A DNA stretch of 64,000 nucleotides from Acidobacteria bacterium 13_2_20CM_2_57_6 (GCA_001917435.1 MNEA01000113.1:13902-77901), one strand, 5' to 3'. Positions 50,482-60,919 are shown, numbered from the stretch's first letter. Notes: generated by a model not told the origin, from the sequence alone. Translations and numbers: made by a program.

Positions 50482-51477
50482 ATGTCCCACCGCCTCGCGG
50501 CAAAAATTACCGGTGTAGCCGGCTACGTTCCGCCAAGGGTGATGACCAACGCGGATCTGGAAAAAATCGTCGAAACGAATGACGAATGGATTCGCACGCG
50601 CACCGGTATCCAGGAACGTCACGTCGCGGAGAATGGCACCGCCACCTCGCACATGGCCACGGAAGCCGCAAAGTGCCTGCTGGCCCAGACCAAGACAGAT
50701 CCCAACGAGATTGATCTGATCGTCCTCGCGAGCGTTACCCCGGACATGTTTTTTCCGGCCACCGCCTGCCTGGTGCAGGAGCGTCTTGGCGCGAAGAAAG
50801 CCTGGGGCTTTGATTTGTCCGCAGCGTGTTCCGGCTTCGCCTACGCCCTCACCGTTGGCGCGCAGTTCGTCAGCGCGGGCACGCACAAAAAAGTATTGGT
50901 CATCGGAAGCGATACCATGACTTCCGTTCTGGACTACACGGATCGTTCCACTTGCGTATTGTTCGGCGACGGTGCGGGCGCGGTGATGCTCGAGGGGGCT
51001 GGCCCGGGCGAAGGTATCCTCGATTTCGTCCACGACGTGGATGGCGCCGGTGGAGCATTTCTCTACATGCCGGGCGGTGGATCGCTCCATCCGGCCAGCC
51101 AGGAAACTGTCGCGAAACGAATGCACTACGTCCACCAGGAAGGCTCGCAGGTGTTCAAGTACGCAGTCCGGCGCATGTCGGAAATGGCCGCGCATCTCCT
51201 TGATAAAAATGGCTTTAAGAATGAAGATTTGAAGCTTCTGGTACCACACCAGGCCAATCTGCGTATCATTCGCGCGACCCAGGAACGGCTGGGCGTCGAC
51301 GATTCCAAGGTGATGGTGAACATCGACCGCTATGGAAATACCACTGCCGGCACCATTCCGCTGGGTCTCCGCGACGCGGTGGAGCAAGGCCGCCTCCACA
51401 AGGGTGACCTGGTGCTAATCGTAACCGTCGGCGCGGGATACACAACCGGGGGCATGCTGTTGCGCTGGGCGTACTAA
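50482..51477 (+). CDS. fabH: 3-oxoacyl-ACP synthase III
   Basis: WI..RTGI, AACSG (Cys), FGDGAGA, PHQAN (His) and GNT (Asn); AAGGAG RBS. Confidence 0.95.
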   Translation: MSHRLAAKITGVAGYVPPRVMTNADLEKIVETNDEWIRTRTGIQERHVAENGTATSHMATEAAKCLLAQTKTDPNEIDLIVLASVTPDMFFPATACLVQERLGAKKAWGFDLSAACSGFAYALTVGAQFVSAGTHKKVLVIGSDTMTSVLDYTDRSTCVLFGDGAGAVMLEGAGPGEGILDFVHDVDGAGGAFLYMPGGGSLHPASQETVAKRMHYVHQEGSQVFKYAVRRMSEMAAHLLDKNGFKNEDLKLLVPHQANLRIIRATQERLGVDDSKVMVNIDRYGNTTAGTIPLGLRDAVEQGRLHKGDLVLIVTVGAGYTTGGMLLRWAY

Positions 51478-51505
51478 GAATTGTCAGCGATGATTAACCG
51501 CTGAA

Positions 51506-51910
51506 TTAGCAGGAACGGAGCGATGCCGCGAGGTCGAGATTCGCTTGAAGGCGGCGGTCGACTTGGACAGCCGCGTACCGTGCGCAGAGGACGCGCTCAC
51601 GCTCGCTCCAGACGGCCAATGATGGAATCCTCTCGCCGAGGAAAGCGTCGAGTCCTTGGATCAACCGGTAATAAGCGCGAACCAGGCCCAATCCGCTCCG
51701 ATTGGGATAAAGATCGGGAGTCAAATCATGCAGGCCGGCCAAGGTCTGGAAATGCTGCGGCGTAAGGCGCCCATTCTCTACCTGAGCCGCAACCAGCACG
51801 CGGTCAGAAACAGGTTGGGCCGCTACGCCCGCCAGCACAGCCCGCCAGTAATAAAGGGCGAACTGAGATAGGGCCACGATGGAGATCGCAAGTAGCATGG
51901 CGCTAAACAT
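51506..51910 (-). CDS. Hypothetical protein with N-terminal hydrophobic helix
   Basis: 134-aa ORF with an AGAGG RBS; convergent on fabH. Confidence 0.65.
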   Translation of the reverse strand: MFSAMLLAISIVALSQFALYYWRAVLAGVAAQPVSDRVLVAAQVENGRLTPQHFQTLAGLHDLTPDLYPNRSGLGLVRAYYRLIQGLDAFLGERIPSLAVWSERERVLCARYAAVQVDRRLQANLDLAASLRSC

Positions 51911-52084
51911 CCCTCTGCCTCTAAAGGGATTGTGGCAGCCGGGAAAATAGACTCCAATAGTCCGGAAGTACCAGTGGACTGGAACTAACAACATAACCGT
52001 TTGGGAACATTTTGACCCACGCTTTGAAGGGGGATTCTGCGAAAGAAGCTCGTCTCCTGGTCAGTTATTCAGTAACCTTTTCGG

Positions 52085-52097
52085 AATCAATGAGTTA
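52085..52097. promoter_or_regulatory. IHF-like site
   Basis: AATCAATGAGTTA is an exact WATCAANNNNTTR match in a divergent intergenic region. Confidence 0.4.
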
Positions 52098-52112
52098 CGG
52101 AGAGCTCCAGCC

Positions 52113-52598
52113 ATGCGAAAATCCTTTCAATTCCTGCTGACCGCAGGCTCTTTCCTATGCCTCTGTTCCCTCGTGACGCAGGGCCAGCCGTCACCTCGCG
52201 CATCCGGCGAGCGCCCGGCGGATCGCGAAGCGATTGGCGCCGTTCTCCGCGCCCAGGAGTCTGCGTGGAATCGAGGCGATGTCGACACCTTTCTGCAGGG
52301 CTACTGGCATTCGCCGCAACTGACTTTTTCCGGGAGCAGCGGAGTCGCTCGCGGTTGGGATGGCGTGCTGGCACGCTACAAGAAAAACTATCCGGATCGC
52401 GCCGCGATGGGGCATCTGGATTTTTCCGAGTTGGAGTTTCGTTTTCTGGGACCAGACGCGGCTCTCGTCCTGGGAAAATGGCACTTGCATCGCGAAAAAG
52501 ATGAACTCGGAGGAGTGTTTACGCTCGTATGGCAACGCTTTCCCGACGGATGGAAAATCGTCCACGATCACACCAGCACGGTGACAACCAAATCGTAG
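52113..52598 (+). CDS. NTF2-like / DUF4440 exported protein
   Basis: Signal peptide, AWNRGD...F..GY, MG.L.F and G.FTL......GW.I.HDHTS motifs. Confidence 0.85.
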   Translation: MRKSFQFLLTAGSFLCLCSLVTQGQPSPRASGERPADREAIGAVLRAQESAWNRGDVDTFLQGYWHSPQLTFSGSSGVARGWDGVLARYKKNYPDRAAMGHLDFSELEFRFLGPDAALVLGKWHLHREKDELGGVFTLVWQRFPDGWKIVHDHTSTVTTKS

Positions 52599-52863
52599 CT
52601 ACCTTATCTGCTGGCGAGGCGACGGACCCAATTCTGGAAAACTGTATTCAGTGACCGGGATGACTTTTACGAGGCACACGCCGTGTGCCCAGATGGATTG
52701 CCCAGATCGCGGGCGCTGCTTAAATCCAGGAACTCCTCGTTCAAGGAACAGCGTGGAACATGATTCCACCACAGGAAAGATCGATTCCTTACAGATACAA
52801 CAGGCAAAAACTTCTTTCTTTCTAGGTCACCTGCGTATCGGTTGCTTGCGGCAACACAGTGCT

Positions 52864-54693
52864 CTATAAGATTTCCAGGATTTCTTCGTAGCGTTTGAAG
52901 GGTGGAATTAAATACGCGCCGGCAAGCTCGGTGCGTGACCACGCCAACATGTCGCGGGCGACTTTGAATCCGCAGTCGCGCGCGGACGCTCCCGCGGCTT
53001 CCATGGATTTTAGCAATCGCTCGGGGATGACGATTCCCGGCACTTCGTTGTTCAAGCGCAGCGCCTGCTTGTAACTATTGAGCGGCCAGATGCCGATGCA
53101 CACGGGAATGGATGGCTTGCCGCCGAGTTTCTTCAAGAAAGCGTGCCAGTGTTCCGGATCGAAGAGCGGCTGAGTCATGGCGAAATGCGCGCCGGCTTCG
53201 ACCTTGGCATGAAAGCGCTCAATTTCGTTGTCGAGATCGTCAGCGACGGGATTGAGAGCCACGCCGATGGTGAAATTCGTCTCCCCGCCGAGAGTTTTTC
53301 CCGCCCAGTCCGTGCCCTGATTCAGCCGGTGCAGAACTTTCACCAGGCCCACGGAGTCAACTTCGTAGACACCGCTGATTTCCGGGTAATCGCCAACCGA
53401 GGGCGGATCTCCGGTGATCGCGAGAATATTGCGGACGCCGCCAACCGTCCACGCGCCGAGAAGCGCAGCTTGCAAGCCGATGATGTTCTGGTCGCGCGTG
53501 GTGAGATGCGGAACGGTTTCGACGCCGCGGGCTTCCAATGCGCCGGCTACAATCAGAGCGTCCATGCCGACGCGCGCCATTGCACCGCTGTTGATGTCGA
53601 TGGCATCCACTTTTTTGGACGCCATAACTTTGCCCACTTGCTCGAAGATGCGATCAAGCGAAAGGCCTTTCGGCGGATCGATTTCCACGCACAAAGCGAA
53701 CTGCTTCGCTTGAAGCTTCTTCCAGAACTTGCTTTCCGGTTCTCGCTCGGAGAGGGAGGCAGGCTTTGCCATCGTTGCGACGGAGTGCACGACGGCGTGC
53801 GCTTTTGCCGGGCGAAGCGATTTCACGGCCTCGGCCATGGCGCGAATATGCGCGGGCGTCGTGCCGCAGCAGCCGCCAAGAATACGCACGCCGAGCGCGG
53901 CCGCTTCGCGAGCGAAAAGCGCAAAATATTCCGGAGAAGATTTTGGATAAACGATACGGTCGCCTTCGCGTTTGGGAAAACCGGCGTTGGGCATGCCGCT
54001 GACGCGCAGTCCGTCAACGGCGGCAAGCTCCTGCAAAATCGGCAGAAGCGCCTGCGGGCCAAGCGTGCAATTCGCGCCAATCACTTGCACGTTTTTGTTT
54101 TTCAACTGCTCGGCTGCATTCGCGGGACGGAGGTCGCCGTAGGTCGTGCCTTCTTCCGCGTAGGTAAGCTGCGCGACAATGGGCAAGCCGGAGAACGAAC
54201 GAATTGCGTCAATCGCGAGGAGCAACTCTTCGATATAAGAAAAGGTTTCGAGGATATAAAAATCCACGCCGCGTTCTTCCAGCGCCAGCGCCTGTTCGTG
54301 GAAAATATCCAGGATTTCGTGATCCGCTGGATGGCGAGATTGCACGCCAAGTCCAAGAGGACCAATCGAGCCGGCGATCAAAACTTCCCGCGCAGCCGAT
54401 TCGCGCGCTTCGCGTGCGATCTTCACGCCGCGGCTGTTGAGTCGCTGAACTTCGTCGGCGAGGCCGAGAGGCGCGAGCTTGAACCGGTTCGCGCCAAACG
54501 TGTTGGTTTCGATAATCTGGGCGCCCGCTTCGATGTACGCCTGGTGCACACGGAATACCGCTTCCGGCTCGGTGGAATTCAGTTCATCGAAGCAGCGCTG
54601 CGTGCCCACGGCTTCGTGCAGCATCGAACCCATCGCGCCATCCGCGATGAGAATCGAATCTTTCAGCCGCTCATTAAAATCGAATATCTTCAC
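52864..54693 (-). CDS. Bifunctional homocysteine S-methyltransferase / methylenetetrahydrofolate reductase (YitJ-like)
   Basis: DGAMG, ETNTFGAN, GANC, PNAG and GGCCGT (HMT) followed by E.DPP, PHLT.RD, ITGDP and TQP (MTHFR). Confidence 0.92.
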   Translation of the reverse strand: MKIFDFNERLKDSILIADGAMGSMLHEAVGTQRCFDELNSTEPEAVFRVHQAYIEAGAQIIETNTFGANRFKLAPLGLADEVQRLNSRGVKIAREARESAAREVLIAGSIGPLGLGVQSRHPADHEILDIFHEQALALEERGVDFYILETFSYIEELLLAIDAIRSFSGLPIVAQLTYAEEGTTYGDLRPANAAEQLKNKNVQVIGANCTLGPQALLPILQELAAVDGLRVSGMPNAGFPKREGDRIVYPKSSPEYFALFAREAAALGVRILGGCCGTTPAHIRAMAEAVKSLRPAKAHAVVHSVATMAKPASLSEREPESKFWKKLQAKQFALCVEIDPPKGLSLDRIFEQVGKVMASKKVDAIDINSGAMARVGMDALIVAGALEARGVETVPHLTTRDQNIIGLQAALLGAWTVGGVRNILAITGDPPSVGDYPEISGVYEVDSVGLVKVLHRLNQGTDWAGKTLGGETNFTIGVALNPVADDLDNEIERFHAKVEAGAHFAMTQPLFDPEHWHAFLKKLGGKPSIPVCIGIWPLNSYKQALRLNNEVPGIVIPERLLKSMEAAGASARDCGFKVARDMLAWSRTELAGAYLIPPFKRYEEILEIL

Positions 54694-54738
54694 GGTTCGC
54701 GTTTCCTGTCTGCTGAAAATTCTGCACGGGGGAGGATC

Positions 54739-56127
54739 TCAACGTTTTTGTTCCATGAGGCTGGCGACAGTGCTCATTAAATCGTATTTGGTTAGGATCT
54801 CGAAGCGAGAGTCGCCCATCTCGACAAACACGGCGGGGTTTTCATGACTGAGAATTTGCGTGACACGCTCGACGGGAGCGGTCCTCGAGACCTGCGGCAA
54901 CGGATTGCTCATCACTTCGCGAACGACGAGCTTGCGCAGATCCTTGCCCTGCAAGGCGAGGTTGAGAATCTGATCTTCGTAAATCGTGCCGATGGGAAGA
55001 TTTTCCTCGAAGACCGGAATTTGTGAAATGTCCTGTTCCTGCATGGTCTTCAGCGCGTGGAAAACCGTCTGGTAAGGCCTCGCGATGATGAGTTCGCGCA
55101 CCTTGCCGCTGGCGTGCTTGGCGTTGACGACTTCGGCCGCGGTGATAGCGGTTGCCGCGTCCACGTAACCGCGCTCGTGCATCCACAAATCGTTGTAAAC
55201 TTTGCTGAGATAGCGCGTGCCGGTATCGGGCAACAACGCGACCACGAAATCATTCTTTCCCAAATCCTTGGCGAGGCGCAGCGTCCCGGAGATGCAGCCG
55301 CCTCCGGAGCCGCCGGTGAAGAGGCCTTCCATTTTCGCGAGGCGGCGCGCAACCACGAAACATTCTTCGTCGTTGACCTGGATAATGTCGTCCAGGATTT
55401 TCAGGTTCATCGTTGTGGGGAAGAAATCCTCGCCGATGCCTTCCACGACGTAGGTCTTGGCCTTGATAGTTTGCCCAGTCTTGACGAAATCATAGTAGAG
55501 CGAGCCGTAGGGATCGACGCCGATGATTTTTACGCTGGGATTTTTTTCCTTCAGGAATTTCCCCACGCCACTAATGGTGCCGCCGGTGCCCACGCCGCAA
55601 ACGAAGTGCGTGATTTTGCCTTCGCTGTCTTCCCAAATTTCCGGACCCGTGGTGCGATAATGCGCTTCGGGATTCATCGCATTGTCATATTGGTTCGGGT
55701 AGTAAGAATTGGGAATTTCGCGCGCGAGTTTTTTTGCCACGGAATAGTAGCTGCGCGGATCTTCCGGCTCGACGGCGGTAGGACAAACGATCACTTCGGC
55801 GCCAAGCGCTTTCAACAAATCGACTTTTTCCTTGGATTGCTTGTCCGTGGTGGTAAAAACGCACTTATAACCGCGCACCGCCGCGACAAGTGCAAGCCCC
55901 ATGCCGGTGTTGCCCGAAGTGCCTTCAATGATGGTGCCGCCGGGCTTCAGCCAGCCTTTTTTTTCGGCGTCGTCAATCATGGCGATGCCGATGCGATCCT
56001 TTACCGAGCCGCCCGGATTGGTGAATTCCGCTTTGACGTAAATCTGCGGCCTCAAGCCCTGGTTGATGCGGTTGAGGCGCACCAGAGGCGTGCGCCCAAC
56101 CGCTTCGAGAATGTTATTGCACTTCAT
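54739..56127 (-). CDS. Cystathionine beta-synthase (PLP domain plus CBS pair)
   Basis: NPGGSVKDRI, TSGNTG, GTGGT, EGIG and RYLSK motifs with a C-terminal CBS domain pair. Confidence 0.9.
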   Translation of the reverse strand: MKCNNILEAVGRTPLVRLNRINQGLRPQIYVKAEFTNPGGSVKDRIGIAMIDDAEKKGWLKPGGTIIEGTSGNTGMGLALVAAVRGYKCVFTTTDKQSKEKVDLLKALGAEVIVCPTAVEPEDPRSYYSVAKKLAREIPNSYYPNQYDNAMNPEAHYRTTGPEIWEDSEGKITHFVCGVGTGGTISGVGKFLKEKNPSVKIIGVDPYGSLYYDFVKTGQTIKAKTYVVEGIGEDFFPTTMNLKILDDIIQVNDEECFVVARRLAKMEGLFTGGSGGGCISGTLRLAKDLGKNDFVVALLPDTGTRYLSKVYNDLWMHERGYVDAATAITAAEVVNAKHASGKVRELIIARPYQTVFHALKTMQEQDISQIPVFEENLPIGTIYEDQILNLALQGKDLRKLVVREVMSNPLPQVSRTAPVERVTQILSHENPAVFVEMGDSRFEILTKYDLMSTVASLMEQKR

Positions 56128-56274
56128 CAGTAGTCTCGGTTTCTCCGCCGGATTGCGTTCAGTTTAACATTATCCCGAGCAGTTCCCTATTGAGCCGGGC
56201 CCACGATTTTCATACGGGCGAACAGGAAGAGAGTAGATTATTCTTTCCATGATTTCGTTGCATGGGAGACCAGG

Positions 56275-56661
56275 ATGATGCGACAGAATATTTCGAGCGG
56301 TACGCAGTGGGAGCCGATTGTGGGCTACTCGCGGGCAGTGAGGATTGGCAACGTGATTACGGTCTCGGGAACCACGGCGACCGGACCGGATGGAAAGATT
56401 GTGGGCGTGGGCGATTTACGGGCGCAAACGGTGCAAACCATCCGGAACATCGAGGCCGCGCTCGCCAAGGCCGGCGCGACCCTGAAGGACGTCGTGCGGA
56501 CGCGAATCTTTGTGACCAACATCGCGGAATGGGAGAAAGCGGGCCGAGCCCACGGAGAATTTTTCGGCGAGATCCGGCCGGCAACCAGCATGGTGGAAGT
56601 GAGCAAACTGATTGCGCCGGAAATGCTGGTGGAGATTGAAGCGGACGCAGTAGTGGAATGA
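56275..56661 (+). CDS. RidA/YjgF family protein
   Basis: GYSRAVR, SGTT, DVVRTR, RPA and VEIEADA motifs. Confidence 0.92.
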   Translation: MMRQNISSGTQWEPIVGYSRAVRIGNVITVSGTTATGPDGKIVGVGDLRAQTVQTIRNIEAALAKAGATLKDVVRTRIFVTNIAEWEKAGRAHGEFFGEIRPATSMVEVSKLIAPEMLVEIEADAVVE

Positions 56662-56737
56662 AGTAAATGAAGTGGATGAGGTAAAGGAGCAGCGGCTCCT
56701 CTGCCAGATGGGATCAAGTATCAGCCGGTGAGTTTTC

Positions 56738-57538
56738 ATGACGTCAGCGTTATACGATTCCTTCATTGCGGATTATTACGACGAATCGCCGATTGTTAAA
56801 GGGCGGTTGCAAGATGTGGCGTTCTATCGCAACGCCGCGCGCGACTTTGGCGATCCCATCCTGGAGCTGGGTTGCGGGACGGGACGCATCACCATGGCGC
56901 TGGCGGAAGCGGGAAAGCGGATAACCGGGCTTGATCTTTCCGGGCGTATGCTGGAGCGCGCGGTGGAAAAACGCGCGGCGCTCCGCGTGGAAGCGCGCGA
57001 ACGCGTTCATCTCGTTCAGGGAGACATGGCGCGGTTCGACCTGGGCGGCGAAAAATACCGGCTGGTGATTATCCCTTTCCGGCCATTTCAGCACCTGCTG
57101 GACGTGCGGCAGCAGGTGGATTGCTTGGAGTGCGTTCGCAAGCATCTTGCGCCCGGCGGGCGGCTGATCCTGGACGTGTTCCAGACGGATGCTGAGCGCA
57201 TGCACGATCCCGTGCACATGCGGGAAGTGCCGCTGACCGAATATGAAACCGCGGACGGACGGCGCGTACGCATCAGCGAGCGAGTGGCGGCGTTCCATCG
57301 CGCGGAGCAGCGGAATGACGTGGAGATGATTTTTGTCATCACGCATCGGGACGGGCGTCAGGAGAGGCTGGTGTTCGCCTGGCCGCTGCGATATTTCTTC
57401 CGGTACGAAGTGGAGCACCTGCTTGCTCGCTGCGGATTCCAGGTTACGGCGCAGTATGGAGATTTCGACCGGTCGCCGATTCGGGACGAGTCGCCGGAAA
57501 TGATCTTTGTGGCGGAAGCGGTAAAAGAGAAGCCATAG
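56738..57538 (+). CDS. Class I SAM-dependent methyltransferase
   Basis: LELGCGTGR, GLDLS..ML, QGDM..F and HL.PGG motifs. Confidence 0.92.
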   Translation: MTSALYDSFIADYYDESPIVKGRLQDVAFYRNAARDFGDPILELGCGTGRITMALAEAGKRITGLDLSGRMLERAVEKRAALRVEARERVHLVQGDMARFDLGGEKYRLVIIPFRPFQHLLDVRQQVDCLECVRKHLAPGGRLILDVFQTDAERMHDPVHMREVPLTEYETADGRRVRISERVAAFHRAEQRNDVEMIFVITHRDGRQERLVFAWPLRYFFRYEVEHLLARCGFQVTAQYGDFDRSPIRDESPEMIFVAEAVKEKP

Positions 57539-57758
57539 CCCCCACACACCCGGTCATTTTTGTATGAATATAAAAACAAAGGGCTTACAGAATTTTAAAT
57601 TCGTAAGTTATTGATTCTAACTAAAGGCGCGATTTTAGTTGTTGCGGGTGCAAAGTCTATCCAGATAAGCCTTCGCAGCGCGGCAACTCCATTGCGCGGA
57701 ACTCGAAGCTGCGACGGCCTAGCCGAAGAACAGCGGCGAGAAATCGCGGAGTTGCATA

Positions 57759-57790
57759 GAAAAAGCGGCAGCCGAAGCTGCCTCTCTTTT
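57759..57790. terminator. Candidate bidirectional terminator / REP-like hairpin
   Basis: AAAAAGC-GGCAGC-CGAA-GCTGCC-TCTCTTTT between convergent genes. Confidence 0.5.
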
Positions 57791-57870
57791 GCCGAGTCAA
57801 AGTTTGACCTGGGGTGATTATGGCACACAGACGGGGCGCCCCCGGGAAAAAACTTTCGTCGCCGGCTGTG

Positions 57871-59388
57871 TTACCAGCGGGCGCGGATGCGATATTTCAG
57901 GACCGCGGTGCCGTCCTTGGCGACCGGCACGATGAATTGCGCCGCGAAGGCCGCCGTCTTCGTGTACTTGTACGTAGAAGCGAGCATTTCCCAGTCCCCG
58001 CCGATGGGCTCGTTGACTTGCACGGTGACGGGTGCGTCCTTGTGGTTGCGCAACGTGATTTCAAATTCCATTTCCCAGGTGTGGGTGTCAATGCGCTTGT
58101 AGTCGGTCTGCTTGTGCTCGGCGACCACGTCGAAAGCGTTGCCGATGTGGATGTTCACGTTCTCATCTTTGGGCGTGTGGTCGATGTGGTCTTCGCCGGC
58201 AAAGAGAATGCCACCCTTGGAGTCTTTCTGGTAGACGCGGACGTTGCCCGCGGGGAGAGGAATCCCGAGCCCGGCTTTTTCTTCATTTTTGAATTTGTAA
58301 TAAACCATGACGGGATCTTTCAGCGGGGCGCCGGGATTCTGTTGGTTGCGATAGTAGTAGCTCTGGCCATTGACTATGAATATTTTCTCGACGGGAACGC
58401 CCGAACCCTGGAGAAGACTGATCTGCTTGGTCTCTTTGTCTTCGACGGAGGTCTTTCGGCCTAGTGAATAAAGATGGTATTCGCTGAATGCTTCCTGTTG
58501 GAACTGTGTCGGGGCCGCCTTGCTCATCACCATTTCGCGGGCTACATCACCACGCACCCCGGGGGCCTGAGGCAAACGATTGAGCTCGCCAGCGACAAGC
58601 TGGAGGCGAGCGTTGTGGAAGGCCGTGCCGCTGTTGTTGACGACGGTAACCCAGCCGTCGAGGTCGGCGTTCTTGTCGTCGCGCGCAACGGTAAGAACGT
58701 AATCGGCGCTCCATGAGAGATTGTTTGCGAGGTAGGACGCTTCGACCTGCTGCTTTCTCGCCCCGGAATTTTCCAGAGACATGAGCAGCGTGGGTCGCTC
58801 GTAGAGATTCGGGGGAACTTCAGGAAAGCGATAGCTCTCTGAATACACTCCGGTGACGATGTCGCTGCCGATTCTCCATACAGGACCATTATTATCGGAA
58901 AGCAGCGTGGCTTTGATTTCTTCGCGTTTGGTCGTGCCGTTTTCCTGGTACGACCGAACCAGCGTGACCTCCTTGCCGACGTATTTGTGAAGGAGCTTCG
59001 CAGGTTCGAGCAGATCGTATTCGTAATTCTGCTCGATGACGCCGAGCTTATCCGGCTCGTTCAGCGAACGGAAATGAACCGTTGCGGGATTCACCGTGGC
59101 GGCAATATCCATGAACTTCAGGCGAAACGTGCCGCTGGGAAGCGCGAGATTGCGGACATCGCGAATGAGCGCGATGTTGGAATTGTAGACGGTCACGTTC
59201 AAGTCGGTTTGATCGTTGAGGCTGGTGGCCTGATCGCCCGCGTTTGGGCGAGGGGCTTCCTTTTCCTGCCAAGCGTAGACTCTGTTGCCGCGGGCCGCCG
59301 GATACAAAGTGGCGAGGGCGGCGAGAAGCGCCACGATCGAAATCAGTCCAAACCAACGAAACTTTGCAGCATTCCCGGGGATTTTCAT
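57871..59388 (-). CDS. DUF4139/DUF4140 family exported protein
   Basis: N-terminal TM/signal, VTVYN..AL.RD.R, EQN..YDL, W.ADY, EYHLY, LPAG.VRVY and HTP motifs; AGGAG RBS. Confidence 0.88.
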   Translation of the reverse strand: MKIPGNAAKFRWFGLISIVALLAALATLYPAARGNRVYAWQEKEAPRPNAGDQATSLNDQTDLNVTVYNSNIALIRDVRNLALPSGTFRLKFMDIAATVNPATVHFRSLNEPDKLGVIEQNYEYDLLEPAKLLHKYVGKEVTLVRSYQENGTTKREEIKATLLSDNNGPVWRIGSDIVTGVYSESYRFPEVPPNLYERPTLLMSLENSGARKQQVEASYLANNLSWSADYVLTVARDDKNADLDGWVTVVNNSGTAFHNARLQLVAGELNRLPQAPGVRGDVAREMVMSKAAPTQFQQEAFSEYHLYSLGRKTSVEDKETKQISLLQGSGVPVEKIFIVNGQSYYYRNQQNPGAPLKDPVMVYYKFKNEEKAGLGIPLPAGNVRVYQKDSKGGILFAGEDHIDHTPKDENVNIHIGNAFDVVAEHKQTDYKRIDTHTWEMEFEITLRNHKDAPVTVQVNEPIGGDWEMLASTYKYTKTAAFAAQFIVPVAKDGTAVLKYRIRARW

Positions 59389-59421
59389 CACTTTCTCCTG
59401 CACCAAAATTTGCGTTCTCTC

Positions 59422-59450
59422 TTAGAACGCACGGGGAGGAATTTCTTGCA
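59422..59450 (-). promoter_or_regulatory. Candidate ECF-sigma promoter, copy 1 (upstream of the DUF4139 gene)
   Basis: Minus strand reads TGCAAGAAA-ttcctccccgtg-CGTTCTAA. Confidence 0.7.
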
Positions 59451-59477
59451 CGGAGCGGGGCTGATGCGCGGCGCGGC

Positions 59478-60905
59478 TCAGGGACTCGGAATGAGGAACC
59501 AAGTGAGCCCGCCATCGCTCGTTTGAAAGCTTTTCGTCGATCGAGCGTTCCAAATCGTAGCGTGGAGCGCATCGGAGGCCCGGACTCCGCCGAGATCCTC
59601 CGCGAGCGGCGACTGCACGACGTTCCAATGCGCGCCGCCGTCGGTGGTCAAAAGAATGGCGCCGACCCGGCCGACAATCCAGCACACTTGATCAGATGGA
59701 GCGGAACCGGCGAGCAGATCAACAAGGACTCCGCTGGTCTGGTGCGACCAGGAGGAGCCGCCATCCTTGGAGAATTCGATCAATCCGGAGCGGCCGGGGC
59801 GCCAAATCATATTCGATCCCGGAGGTGAGATGAAACGTGGATTGGAAATCGCCCGGGCGATTTCCAGAGAAGCAGAATCGTTGTAACTGGATACAATTCC
59901 ACCGGCCACTCCCGCCTGTGGCGAACGCGCAGTGGGGGCGGCGGATGCAGCCTTCATTTTCTTTCCTTCTATCTGGCCGAGTGGAGCGGGACCAGGCGCC
60001 TTCGGGGCATTGGCGCTGGATTGATTTTGCAATTGAGCGTTCGCGGCTTGTATTTGTAATTGGGCTTCGGCGCTTTCCTGCCTTGCGTTGTCGGCTGTCT
60101 TGGCGTCGCGATCCAATTGTTCCTGGGCGCGAAGCAAATCAACGGAGGGGGTGCGACCCGCGTCTTTTTGCAACTCGCGCTCTTTATCGACCATTGGTCT
60201 GGGGGGAGAAGCCTGAGCAATATATTCCCGCTTGCTATCCGTTTTTGCAGCACCTGAAGTGTGCCCTACTTTCGCTCTTGCAAATTCATCGACCGCGGAC
60301 TGAGGTTTGGCACCGCCGCCGTTTGACGGCGGCGACGTTTCTTGAGCTGCTCCGGAAACTGACGGCGAGGGTGGAGGAGGCGCCTGCTTCGTCGCGATCT
60401 GGACTTCGTTCCTATTTGGAGGAGCCAGCGGCTGCTTTTCATGCAGCGCTATCCAGACGAGCAGGCCAGCGGCAAGAGCTCCCGCGGGAGCGAGCCATTG
60501 CCAGCGCGCGCCGTAGAAAAGGCGTGCGCGGCGGGTTTGCTTGGGAAGAATTGAGGGAACCGCAGGCTGGCGTTGGCCGGACGCAGCCACCTGGTGCACG
60601 GATTCTTCCTGGGCCGAGACTCTATTTTCTACAGCGGCTTGCAAGGGAATCTCGTCCGTCGCTTCCAAGTGCGAGAGAATGGCCTGGCAGTTGGAGCAGC
60701 CAACGATGTGCTCCTTCCAGGAATTCATTTCCTCGGGAAGCAGAGAACGCTCGTGATAGGCGGCCAGGGTTTCCGGACCGGGACATTCGCTGGCGCGTGC
60801 AGACTCGCGGGAAGACGGATTCATCGAGTCCGGCGAAGAACTATCGGCGCGCAGATGGCGTGCGAGCGCTTTGTCAAAAATACGATCGCGTTCGTCAGGC
60901 GCCAT
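59478..60905 (-). CDS. Putative zinc-finger (zf-HC2/ZAS) anti-sigma factor with TM helix and C-terminal BNR/YCF48-like repeats
   Basis: CP..E.LAAY...HIVGCSNC, TM WLAPAGALAAGLLVWIAL, low-complexity linker and three S/T.DGG..W Asp-boxes. Start at 60905 (GGAGA RBS) or 60917. Confidence 0.82.
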   Translation of the reverse strand: MAPDERDRIFDKALARHLRADSSSPDSMNPSSRESARASECPGPETLAAYHERSLLPEEMNSWKEHIVGCSNCQAILSHLEATDEIPLQAAVENRVSAQEESVHQVAASGQRQPAVPSILPKQTRRARLFYGARWQWLAPAGALAAGLLVWIALHEKQPLAPPNRNEVQIATKQAPPPPSPSVSGAAQETSPPSNGGGAKPQSAVDEFARAKVGHTSGAAKTDSKREYIAQASPPRPMVDKERELQKDAGRTPSVDLLRAQEQLDRDAKTADNARQESAEAQLQIQAANAQLQNQSSANAPKAPGPAPLGQIEGKKMKAASAAPTARSPQAGVAGGIVSSYNDSASLEIARAISNPRFISPPGSNMIWRPGRSGLIEFSKDGGSSWSHQTSGVLVDLLAGSAPSDQVCWIVGRVGAILLTTDGGAHWNVVQSPLAEDLGGVRASDALHATIWNARSTKSFQTSDGGLTWFLIPSP

Positions 60906-60919
60906 TGGGTTCTCCATAG

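Noticed and set aside
52599-52863. Short ORFs between the convergent DUF4440 and yitJ-like genes
   Set aside because: No RBS or recognisable protein features; at most a gene remnant.
53143-54780. Long antisense ORFs (this one, and 2086-3411, 45730-46932, 55057-56133 and others)
   Set aside because: They are shadow frames opposite well-supported genes, as expected in GC-rich DNA, and have no recognisable motifs.
56128-56274. SAM riboswitch upstream of the cbs and yitJ-like genes
   Set aside because: No SAM-I core (ATC.AGAG...GAT) or other SAM motif is visible.
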